Below are positions 48,495 through 59,987 of a stretch of 64,000 nucleotides of DNA, piece by piece. The number at the start of each line of letters is the position of its first letter. Within the stretch, counting starts at the first letter, position 1. A program made the position numbers and the translations under genes. The DNA lies in NCBI RefSeq assembly GCF_001194135.2, contig NC_068997.1, positions 49,897,796-49,961,795 on the forward strand. Direction: 5' to 3'. The notes beneath the pieces are model-generated. The model was not told the DNA's origin and did no database searches. It saw only the letters and a list, made by a program, of their open reading frames with translations. This stretch comes from Octopus bimaculoides. Taxonomy: Eukaryota.

Positions 48495-49874
48495 TTAGAT
48501 TGTCAAGGAAGTTCTTGCGGAATTTTTAATTTTGGTTTTAAATGATGTATTTTCAAATTGATTTTCGTTAAATTACTTTGACTTTATATATAATTTTAAA
48601 GTCCGTTTTTCTCTCTCTTTCTAATCGTGTTACTCTTTTTCTTTTTGAATAATTAGGCCATTTTTTCCGGAACGTTGAATACAACATGGACAAAAAGCAA
48701 ATTCGCACAGTTTTCTTATTCCAGTTCCAGCTAGACCGAAAAGCTGCTGAAACAGCTCGCGATATCAACGATGCCTTTGACCCAGGAACCACTAATGAAC
48801 GTACAGCACAATGGTGGTTCAAGAAATTTCGTAGCGGTGACGGGAGTCTTGAAGATGATAAGCGTAGTGATCGGCCATCGGATGTTGACAACGATCAACT
48901 AAGAGCCTTAGTCGAAGCCAATCCACGCACAACTGTTCGAGAGCTTGCTTCTGAATTAGACGTAACGTATACGACAATTTCCAACCACTTGAAAGACATT
49001 GGAAAAACAAAAATATTTGAGAAATGGGTGCCGCACGAATTGAACGGCAACCAAAAAATAAACGCCGTTTTGAAGTGTCGTCTTCCCTTCTTTTACGCAA
49101 CAAGAACGACCCGTTTCTCAACCGGATTGTGACTTGCGATGAAAAGTGGATTCTTTACGACAACNNNNNNNNNNNNNNNNNNNNNNNNNNNNNNNNNNNN
49201 NNNNNNNNNNNNNNNNNNNNNNNNNNNNNNNNNNNNNNNNNNNNNNNNNNNNNNNNNNNNNNNNNNNNNNNNNNNNNNNNNNNNNNNNNNNNNNNNNNNN
49301 NNNNNNNNNNNNNNNNNNNNNNNNNNNNNNNNNNNNNNNNNNNNNNNNNNNNNNNNNNNNNNNNNNNNNNNNNNNNNNNNNNNNNNNNNNNNNNNNNNNN
49401 NNNNNNNNNNNNNNNNNNNNNNNNNNNNNNNNNNNNNNNNNNNNNNNNNNNNNNNNNNNNNNNNNNNNNNNNNNNNNNNNNNNNNNNNNNNNNNNNNNNN
49501 NNNNNNNNNNNNNNNNNNNNNNNNNNNNNNNNNNNNNNNNNNNNNNNNNNNNNNNNNNNNNNNNNNNNCTCTGCCTCATCCGCCATACTCACCAGACCTC
49601 TCGCCTACCGATTACCACTTTTTCAAGCATCTCGACAACGTCCTGCGTGCGAAATGCTTCAAAAACAAGACCATGCCAAACACATCTTCAACAACTTCAT
49701 CGCTACCAGAACGCAGAATTTTTACGCTACTGGCGTAAATAAACTTGTTTCGCGTTGGCAAAAGTGTGTTGATTCTGATGGTGTTTATTTCGATTAATAA
49801 AGTTTTGTTTGAGCCGAGATGTGTCCATCTGAATTTAAAGGTTAAAAACCGCAAGAACTTCCTTGACAACCTAA
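48495..49874 (+). mobile_element. mariner transposon, Hsmar1/cecropia-like, apparently full length
   Basis: TIR TTAG(A/G)TTGTCAAGGAAGTTCTTGCGG at both ends and TA TSDs at 48493-48494 and 49875-49876. Confidence 0.93.
48686..49797 (+). pseudogene. mariner transposase, frameshifted (central part in gap)
   Basis: MDKKQIRTVFLFQF...RTAQWWFKKFRSG...WVPHEL, a frameshift near 49050, then IVTCDEKWILYDN, [gap], HPPYSPDLSPTDYHFF, and a further shift before KLVSRWQKCVDSDGVYFD*. Confidence 0.9.
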
Positions 49875-50379
49875 TACATTGCATATGCTCTTTGTAAGTG
49901 CTTGGGGAGCATGTGAAAGAGATAGAGCGAGAGAGACAAAGAGAAAGAAAGAGTGAAAGAGAGAGAGAGTTGTTCTTGTGCGACCTGTGGAATCTTTTTT
50001 CCACGTAACAGTTAAAATATACCACAAGCATATTTGAAATCATTTCGTCTGACTTAACGTTGTGAGTTCAAAATCAGCCGAGGTCGACCTTGCCTTTTAT
50101 CCTTTCGAGGTCGATAAAATAACAGTTGAGCCATGGGGTCGATGTAATCGGCTTATCTCCTGTCCCGAACTTGCTGGCCTCGTAGACGTCGGCGGAATTA
50201 GCACTCAGAACGTAGCGACAAACGAAATACTGCTAAACATTTCGCCCGGCGTGCTAACGCTTCTACCAGCTCACCGCCTTAATAATATTAATATTATTAT
50301 TATTATTAATGATGGTGATGATGATGATCATGATCATGATGAATAGATAAATATACAAATATAAAAAGAAATACTTACT

Positions 50380-50681
50380 TTATCTCTTATTTTCTGATTT
50401 CGACTCAAAGAATATATTACACACCGACATGGCAGCCATACATCGTCTGCCGAGATCAATGTGACTCAACTCATCCGCCATCGCTCCTCGTTTGCCGAAA
50501 AATAGACTGTTAACATTGGGATTTAGACCTCTTCTTCCGAATTTCAATGGGGCTTGTTGATCGTAAACAGGGGTGTAAGCCGCCTCTGCATGGAAAATTT
50601 GCATCTGCCACAACGCTAAACTGAGTAAGGTTGCCACACATAGGACCAGTCTTCGAGACATTTTTGTTGATTGTGTTCTTA
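50380..50681 (-). CDS. FFamide: FFamide (molluscan SIFamide-type) neuropeptide precursor, main coding exon
   Basis: ORF 50661-50380 has a hydrophobic signal peptide (MSRRLVLCVATLLSLALWQMQIFHAEA), then ...APLKF-G-RR, GLNPNVNSLFF-G-KR, and a C-terminal two-cysteine tail (CMAAMSVC). GLNPNVNSLFFamide matches the molluscan G(L/M)xPN(M/V)NSLFFamide family. Acceptor tttttcag at 50682; donor GTAAGT at 50378. Confidence 0.93.
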
Positions 50682-50809
50682 CTGAAAAATTAAATTAGTA
50701 ATTGTAGACTTTATTAAGAGATAGACAAGAACTTGATGCATTAGCAATACAGCAATATATATATATATATATGTATGTATGTAATGAGTGTTAGGTGTGG
50801 TGTACAGAA

Positions 50810-50850
<41 letters not shown>

Positions 50851-50880
50851 TCTCTCTCTCTCTCGCTCTCTCTCTCTCTT

Positions 50881-50927
<47 letters not shown>

Positions 50928-52039
50928 NNNNNNNNNNNNNNNNNNNNNNNNNNNNNNNNNNNNNNNNNNNNNNNNNNNNNNNNNNNNNNNNNNNNNNNNN
51001 NNNNNNNNNNNNNNNNNNNNNNNNNNNNNNNNNNNNNNNNNNNNNNNNNNNNNNNNNNNNNNNNNNNNNNNNNNNNNNNNNNNNNNNNNNNNNNNNNNNN
51101 NNNNNNNNNNNNNNNNNNNNNNNNNNNNNNNNNNNNNNNNNNNNNNNNNNNNNNNNNNNNNNNNNNNNNNNNNNNNNNNNNNNNNNNNNNNNNNNNNNNN
51201 NNNNNNNNNNNNNNNNNNNNNNNNNNNNNNNNNNNNNNNNNNNNNNNNNNNNNNNNNNNNNNNNNNNNNNNNNNNNNNNNNNNNNNNNNNNNNNNNNNNN
51301 NNNNNNNNNNNNNNNNNNNNNNNNNNNNNNNNNNNNNNNNNNNNNNNNNNNNNNNNNNNNNNNNNNNNNNNNNNNNNNNNNNNNNNNNNNNNNNNNNNNN
51401 NNNNNNNNNNNNNNNNNNNNNNNNNNNNNNNNNNNNNNNNNNNNNNNNNNNNNNNNNNNNNNNNNNNNNNNNNNNNNNNNNNNNNNNNNNNNNNNNNNNN
51501 NNNNNNNNNNNNNNNNNNNNNNNNNNNNNNNNNNNNNNNNNNNNNNNNNNNNNNNNNNNNNNNNNNNNNNNNNNNNNNNNNTGGAAAGTGTAGTGATAAA
51601 TATACTTTGTCCGAATATTGAAAAAAAAAAAAGGGACAACAAAATGAAAAAAATGATCAAAGGTATGTTCCTTGAAAGCTAGCCTAGGGCTAAACATATT
51701 CATTTACATGTTCTGTTCTATATTTAAGAGATGAGGAATTATGTATATTATTTACATTATTTACATTTGACGGATATTTGGTGTTAACAACAAACAAGAT
51801 GAGGACAAATGTCCGTCAAATGTAAATAATGTAAATAATGTGATTTACATGTATTTGATGGCAAAGAAGACGTACTGCTCTCCACCTCCCGCCAAAAAAT
51901 TATAACAATAATGTTTTTTTTAAATCACTCCGGGACCCCTATCTACAGTTGAGCCTCCTGTAAGCTTTTATGCGCTGTTAACTTTTTTTCCTGAATATGC
52001 ACTTCTGATATTGTGTTTCTAATATACTCGTGTATTAAG

Positions 52040-52250
52040 TCGGTGAGCTGGCAGAAAGGTTAGCACGCTGGGCGAAATGCTTAGCGGTATTTCGTCTGTC
52101 TTTACGTTCTGTGTTCAAATTCTGCCGAAGTCGACTTTGCCTTTCATCCTTTCTGGGTCGATAACTTAAGTACCAATTGCGTACTGGAGTCGATCTAATC
52201 GACTGGCCCCCTCCCTCAAAATTTCGGGCCTTGTGCCTAGAGTAGAAAAG
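52040..52250 (+). mobile_element. tRNA-derived SINE (third family); representative copy
   Basis: gagctggcagaa...gttagcacgccgggcgaaatgcttagcggtatttcg...gagttcaaattccgccgaggtcgactttgcctttcatcctttcggggtcga. Other copies at about 2210-2640(-), 16880-17310, 19620-19880, 21840-22040, 50050-50280(-), 52395-52590 and 60040-60464(-). Confidence 0.85.
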
Positions 52251-53699
52251 AATACACCCGTGCATTAAATGCGGTACATAGAATTATATTTTACATCGTG
52301 TATATTCTATTGTAGTGTTTATCACATTGTGACACATAATATCATATATTGTGTATTGTTTGTCATATATTATAATATTTATAACACAGTTAAGACGACG
52401 GGCTGGCAGAATCGTTAAGACGCCAGGCAAAATGCTTAACGGCATTTCGTCCGTCTTTATGTTCTGGTTTCAAATTCCACTGTCGACTTATACTATTCGG
52501 GGTCCCTAAAATAAGACCCCTAAAATAAGTACTGGAGTCAATGTAATCGACTTACTCCCTCCTCCGAAATTGCTGGCCTTGTGCCAAACTTTGATGCCAA
52601 GATATTTATAATATAGTCATAATAAATTGATTGGTGATTTCATGATGGCTGTGTAGTTCTAAAGTATGCTTCACGAACACGTAGTTTCAAGTTCAATCCC
52701 ACTGCGTATCACCTTGGGTAAGTGTCTTCTATTATAGCGACGGACGGACCAACGCCTTGTCAGTAAATTTAATAGATGGAAACTGTATGGAAGCCCATCG
52801 TGTCTGTGTGTGTGTGTGTGTCTTTGTTTTTTGTTCCGACACCAGTTGACAACAGTGCTGGTTTATTTTCTTCCCCGTGATCCAGAAGTTCGGCAAAAGA
52901 GATCGTTAACATAAATATCAGACTTAAAATGAATAAGCACCGAGGTCGATGTGTTCAACTAAATTTTTCAAGTCGATGCTCCAGCATGGTCAAAGCTATT
53001 GATAGAAACAAGTCAAAACGTAAAAGCGCATATATTCTATACATAAATATTTATAGTTACTTTTTACAGACGACAAATTAGGTTTATTGTTTTCTAGCTT
53101 GTGGCATTTCAGCCAGTCAAACTAGTATCCTCTGAGCCCTTTTCTAGGGGTTAAGGATCATTTTTCACCATTGTCCCGTTTGTTACTAAAGTAGATCAAA
53201 CATTTTAACCAATCAGAAGCTATACCTGGTAAGCCCGATTTGATCTGAACCCGTCCGGTCTTGTTCGAACGTCAAATCAGCAGTCGAAGATTAAAAGAGT
53301 ATTCGTAGTTATAAAAAGAAAAATGAATTATGCACAATTTTTACTTATATTTCCGTCATACTAATTAAAAAGATCAACCCCTTCCGATCTTGTTGGTAGC
53401 TTAATATAATAATATTTACTGAGTACGTGTTTTATGAATACAAAATTCACACATAGATTATAAATTATATTAGTTTGCAAAATCAATCAATGCAAAATGT
53501 GTTACGGAAATATTTTATATATTTCGTTTGGAGAGTCAAACGTTTATATATTTCGTTTGGAGAGTCAAAATATGTACTTGCTGTAAAGAGAAAACGTTGA
53601 TAACACACGTATTTTAAACCGGTAAAAGTCATTCTGAGGAAGATAGACCAATGCTAACATCTAGCTAGAGGTGAGAGAAACAGAAATGAAATAGCTTAC

Positions 53700-53780
53700 C
53701 CATGTTTGCCGAATGAAAAAATTTCAAGCAGAGAAGAAAGTGAAATGGTCAGCAACTCAATCTGCCAGTGCCGAGTGGAA
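53700..53780 (-). CDS. FFamide: Predicted first exon of the FFamide gene (5'UTR + ATG-G)
   Basis: The minus strand reads ...aaacATGG|GTAAGC (ATG 53703-53701, donor 53699). Splicing to the 50681 acceptor gives the in-frame extension MVRTQSTK-MSRRLVL. The 5' boundary is estimated from the TATA-like box. Confidence 0.55.
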
Positions 53781-53805
53781 TGAACCAAATTCCAATAGAA
53801 TATTG

Positions 53806-53896
53806 TTTAAATAGAAATAATAATAATAATAATAATAATAATAAGATAAACTGTGCATACACTATGAGTCGCTGATTGGTTAAAATTTCTGATTGG
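53806..53896 (-). promoter_or_regulatory. Candidate FFamide core promoter: TATTTAAA box plus two CCAAT boxes
   Basis: Minus-strand TATTTAAA at 53813-53806, CCAAT at 53879-53875 and 53896-53892, and TGAGTC (AP-1-like) at 53865-53870, all just upstream of the predicted first exon. Confidence 0.45.
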
Positions 53897-55264
53897 CTCA
53901 AATAACAGGCGTGACAACAATGAGAAATGGTCGTGTATTTTGCTTAACCAGCCAAAAAAAAAAAAAAAAAAAAAANNNNNNNNNNNNNNNNNNNNNNNNN
54001 NNNNNNNNNNNNNNNNNNNNNNNNNNNNNNNNNNNNNNNNNNNNNNNNNNNNNNNNNNNNNNNNNNNNNNNNNNNNNNNNNNNNNNNNNNNNNNNNNNNN
54101 NNNNNNNNNNNNNNNNNNNNNNNNNNNNNNNNNNNNNNNNNNNNNNNNNNNNNNNNNNNNNNNNNNNNNNNNNNNNNNNNNNNNNNNNNNNNNNNNNNNN
54201 NNNNNNNNNNNNNNNNNNNNNNNNNNNNNNNNNNNNNNNNNNNNNNNNNNNNNNNNNNNNNNNNNNNNNNNNNNNNNNNNNNNNNNNNNNNNNNNNNNNN
54301 NNNNNNNNNNNNNNNNNNNNNNNNNNNNNNNNNNNNNNNNNNNNNNNNNNNNNNNNNNNNNNNNNNNNNNNNNNNNNNNNNNNNNNNNNNNNNNNNNNNN
54401 NNNNNNNNNNNNNNNNNNNNNNNNNNNNNNNNNNNNNNNNNNNNNNNNNNNNNNNNNNNNNNNNNNNNNNNNNNNNNNNNNNNNNNNNNNNNNNNNNNNN
54501 NNNNNNNNNNNNNNNNNNNNNNNNNNNNNNNNNNNNNNNNNNNNNNNNNNNNNNNNNNNNNNNNNNNNNNNNNNNNNNNNNNNNNNNNNNNNNNNNNNNN
54601 NNNNNNNNNNNNNNNNNNNNNNNNNNNNNNNNNNNNNNNNNNNNNNNNNNNNNNNNNNNNNNNNNNNNNNNNNNNNNNNNNNNNNNNNNNNNNNNNNNNN
54701 NNNNNNNNNNNNNNNNNNNNNNNNNNNNNNNNNNNNNNNNNNNNNNNNNNNNNNNNNNNNNNNNNNNNNNNNNNNNNNNNNNNNNNNNNNNNNNNNNNNN
54801 NNNNNNNNNNNNNNNNNNNNNNNNNNNNNNNNNNNNNNNNNNNNNNNNNNNNNNNNNNNNNNNNNNNNNNNNNNNNNNNNNNNNNNNNNNNNNNNNNNNN
54901 NNNNNNNNNNNNNNNNNNNNNNNNNGGATAATCAGTAAGTTGTCATAATAATACTCAGAGCTTCAAATGCCGGATGCATTCTCATCGGCAATTAATGGCA
55001 ACAGACGCTATAAAAAAAAACCGTTGTATAAAAGGGAAGTCACTCTAATAGGTAGGAAAAAATATAAAAGATAAAAAATACACGCAACCATATTCTCACA
55101 ATGCATAGACATAAAACCTCCTGCGTTCATAACGTCTGCATACGTACACTCTCACACAAACATGTATATGTACATGCCCATACACACACAAATATATATG
55201 TGCATGTACGTACTCATACATATATCCACACACACACACACACACACACTCACACATGTATATG

Positions 55265-55313
<49 letters not shown>

Positions 55314-55442
55314 ATGTGCACGCAACTTCATTCTCATATACTCGTAAGTGTATACCTGCATGCATACATATCCAGACATCGATACATATAAATATTTATT
55401 ATACATACACACACACACACACAAATATGCTATTATTTTTAA

Positions 55443-55878
55443 AAGAAACAATGATAAAGTGGCCAGCAAACATAACCAAATAGGCAAAATATATATTAAA
55501 AGTCAGGGTGCAATATGCACCTGTTTGCCAGAAACAAAAGTCAAAACTTTCCGGCACACGGAATGGTAAATATATTTTATAAAAATAGTTTACGTAGTAA
55601 GCCTAGCTGATGAGCTTTAGGCGTCAATTCGACACAGAAAGCGAAATCAATTGATACTGCGATATCTACTCTCCTCTTTGTAGTTTCACAAATGGAGACG
55701 ACTGTTCATTTCAACATATTTGCTACATTCTCCGTGCGTGTTTATATTTAGTGAGAGATGCGTGACTTTGGAGAGTTTTAACCCTTCTTTCTAGCAAACA
55801 GGTGAATATTGTACCCTGACTTTTAATATATATTTTACCTATTTAGTTATGTTTGCTGGCCACTTTATCATTATTTTT
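55443..55878. mobile_element. MITE with long TIRs, TTAA-flanked (Kolobok-like)
   Basis: Inverted arms of about 110 bp (AATGATAAAGTGGCCAGCAAACATAA...AAAAGTCAGGGT.CAATAT.CACCTGTTTGC.AGAAA), purine termini, TTAA at 55439-55442 and 55879-55882. Exact ends are blurred by poly-A/T. Confidence 0.65.
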
Positions 55879-56122
55879 TTAAAGATAAAGATAGCTTATT
55901 TGAATTTTGAATTTACAGGTGTATATGTGTGTGTGTTGTTGCGTTGGCTTTTTTACACCACCGTGTTGGTTTGTTTACGTCACCGTGACTTAGCGGCATG
56001 ACAAAAGAGGCTGTTAGTATAAGTCCCAGGTTAAAAAAAAAAAAGAAGCACCAGGCTTGATTCGTTCGACTAAAACTCGCGAAGACGATGCCCCAGCGTG
56101 GCTGCAGTCTATTGACCGCAAC

Positions 56123-56169
<47 letters not shown>

Positions 56170-57003
56170 GTACACATTACTATCATAATATTTTACCAAA
56201 TGCATTATAATATATATTTATAATGTATTCATGAATGCATTATGTGTTGATATTTATAATATATTCATAAAGGCGCGAACATAGCTAAAATGTGATGGAG
56301 GAGGGAGATGTACTATTCCGATTCTATGGGTGTGGCATGGGTGTAGTTTTGATGTATATTATGTTGATTCCCTCATGGCAGGGGGCGGTGCCGCTTGTCT
56401 CAGGAAAGAGGGAGGTGACTAAATATCATTTTGACACGCTTGACTCTGAGGAGTGCCTTTCATATGCATTACCACGTACGTGCATGCACAAATATATGAC
56501 ATATACGGCGTACTTATAAATACATATATACACACATGTATGGTATGTTCACAAATATATACATAAAGCATAGCTACACACATATAGATATATGATTTAA
56601 CATACATACACACATACGTGCATAATGCATTACGGCATTACACAAATCCAAGCATACGACATACACATAGAAATAGAAGGTGCGCTAAAAACACTTCCCA
56701 CGTTCGCCATTCTTGATTAACTTTTCAGCAACAAAGACAGTAAACACAGGTTCAAACCATTGTAGTAACTAATTAGTAACAATAGTAATCTATAAGGTAT
56801 ATAAAAACACCATTATCATATGCCTTACTTCAATAGTTCCACACCAGTAGCTGTGCAAAATATGGGATGTATTTATGCCGCAAACTGTGCTTAGCTAAGT
56901 TCTGTACACCGATACGTGCATACATACATACATACATACATACATACATACATACATACATACATACATACATACGTGTGTGCGTGCGTGTGTGTGTCAC
57001 TTG

Positions 57004-57045
<42 letters not shown>

Positions 57046-57468
57046 CTTTTACTTGTTTTAGTCATCAGACTGCGGTCATGCTGGGGCACTACCTTCAAGG
57101 CTGGTACTTCTTCTATCTCTTTGTTGAACTGCTAAGTTGCGGACACGTAAAGGAAACAGCACCGACAGTCACGCGATGGTGGGACACAAAGACACACACA
57201 CACACACACATACACACACACACACACATCTTTATTCAGGGACCTTTTGAACGGGATGGGCTACTCGATCAGAAGAAAATTCTAACTGAACCCCACCTGT
57301 AAGGTCATGCGCTGTTTATCTTGGTATGAAATCACCATGTCGCGCACATAAGGTTGTGATGCATGTGCTTAGTGTGCGCTTATTAAACAGGTAGTCATGA
57401 TGGGTAAACTGGGCTTCGTATATTTGTACTTCAGTGTCACTTTGATGGCATGTGCTGCTCTCTCACTC

Positions 57469-57499
<31 letters not shown>

Positions 57500-57509
57500 G
57501 TAATAATAA

Positions 57510-57748
57510 GTAGGTGCCTTAGGTATAATAAAAAAATATTCAGACAAATACATAACAAAAACACCAGGACTTACAAATATATATAACATACAGAAAATTG
57601 CACTACTGGGTACTGCACACATTCTACGCAAAACACTTTCAATACAGTAAACATAAGAGCACCACAGCAAACCACAGCACATACCCAAGGCGCACAGAGC
57701 TGCGCTCGGTAGTGAAGTGAAAGCACGTTATAAAAATAAAACTACTGA
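57510..57748 (+). mobile_element. Short 5'-truncated R4/Dong-like LINE end in a (TAA)n tract
   Basis: Near-identical to 62940-63181; (TAA)n on both sides. Confidence 0.8.
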
Positions 57749-59895
57749 ATAATAATAATAATAATAAGTATCTTCCACACAAGTATCTTCCACACAAGTA
57801 TCTTCCAAACTAACTTTGGCCGTCCAAAACCTTGTGAGTGGATTTATAGCCGGAAACTGAAAGAAGCCCATCTATAAATAAACATATGCATGTATGTATG
57901 TATGTATGTATGTATGTATGTATGTAGGTGTGTGCGTGGGTGTGTGGGTGTGGGTAGGTGTCTGTGTTTGTCCTTCACCACTGCTTGACATCAGGTGTCG
58001 GTGTGTTTATGTCCACGTAACTTAGTGGACCGACAAATGAAACCGATAGAGCACGTACCAGGCATTAAAAAGAATAAGTCGATTCATACGACTAAAACTT
58101 CTTCGAGGTGGTGCCCCAGCATGACCACAGTTTGATAACTGAACCAAGTGAGAAATAAAAGATAAAAAATAATAATAATACAAACACACACACACGTATG
58201 TATGTATGTATGTATGTATGTATGCATGTATGTATGCATGTATGTATTTATGTATGCATGTGTGTATGTATGTATGTATGTATGTATATACTCAGTTGGG
58301 ATTCTCGCTGTTGTGAATAAAATATATATTGTGTAATTAATATAATTAATAACGAGAAATCAAAGGCACGAATATGCAAATTAAGCTGTCCTGTTGATAT
58401 AGTTAATGCACATGCCCACAGCAGGTAAGTTCAAACACGTGCGCGTGGGTACAGATGCACTGATACAATGCTTTATACAGCATATCCAGATGGCTTATGT
58501 TTCTGGGAATCGTATAATTTGAAAAGATAATTTAAAATCAATAAACAATAATTAAACACAGTTATTTAGCTATCCTTGAGTTTAGAACATCTTTTTTCAC
58601 TTTTGTTCTTGAGATTAAAATCATATTGTTTGGTGTACGGCGAATTCTAAACGTTTTCTTTGCTACCATTTATTGTCAAGGCTTTGAATAGTTCTGCGTT
58701 TTGCGGCTGTTTCTCGTTGTTGAAGACACAGACACACATGCGCACATATATATATGCATGTGTATGTATGTTTTCCTTTGGGATATTTTAAAGTCGTTTT
58801 TACCCATTCATTGAAATCAAGCCTTGTTACTAACAAAGTCACAAGATTGTTGTTTTAGTGAAAACAGCTCTTAGGTTTATATGGAAACGTGAATCAAGGT
58901 TGGCGTGAGCATATGTGAATTAGTATATATATATATATATATGATATAGGCCTCCGTGTTGAGTGCGAGGCCGTGTGNNNNNNNNNNNNNNNNNNNNNNN
59001 NNNNNNNNNNNNNNNNNNNNNNNNNNNNNNNNNNNNNNNNNNNNNNNNNNNNNNNNNNNNNNNNNNNNNNNNNNNNNNNNNNNNNNNNNNNNNNNNNNNN
59101 NNNNNNNNNNNNNNNNNNNNNNNNNNNNNNNNNNNNNNNNNNNNNNNNNNNNNNNNNNNNNNNNNNNNNNNNNNNNNNNNNNNNNNNNNNNNNNNNNNNN
59201 NNNNNNNNNNNNNNNNNNNNNNNNNNNNNNNNNNNNNNNNNNNNNNNNNNNNNNNNNNNNNNNNNNNNNNNNNNNNNNNNNNNNNNNNNNNNNNNNNNNN
59301 NNNNNNNNNNNNNNNNNNNNNNNNNNNNNNNNNNNNNNNNNNNNNNNNGAAACTGAAAGAAGCCTGTCGTATATATATGTATGTGTGTGTATGTTTGTGT
59401 GTCTGTGTTTGTCCCTCCAACATCGCTTGACAACCGATGCTGATGCGTTTACGTCCCCGTAACTTAGCGGTTCGGCAAAAGAGACCGATAGAATAAGTAC
59501 TAGGCTTCCAAAGAATAAGTCCTGGGGTCGATTTACTCGACTAAAAGGCGGAGCTCCAGCATGGCCGCAGTCAAATGACTGAAACAAGTAAAAGAGTAAA
59601 AGAGTAAAGAGTATATATATATATATATATGATATAGGCCTCCGTGTTGAGTGCGAGGCCGTGTGGGGAGATGAATGGAGGCATAACGTCGCCATCACTA
59701 GTGTTCACTCCAAACACCATAGGGTTGACTGGATGTTTGATTTTTATCACTCTCGGTACATGTCCTCATATTGCACTGTCCACAGATTGACACCCAAACA
59801 CTCTGAAATGTTCGTGTTGGAGCTTCTGGCACGAATGCCAAGCACTACAGCATGTCGTTTCCAAATTTCTTGCGACAGTTTACCCATCGCACCCT

Positions 59896-59987
<92 letters not shown>

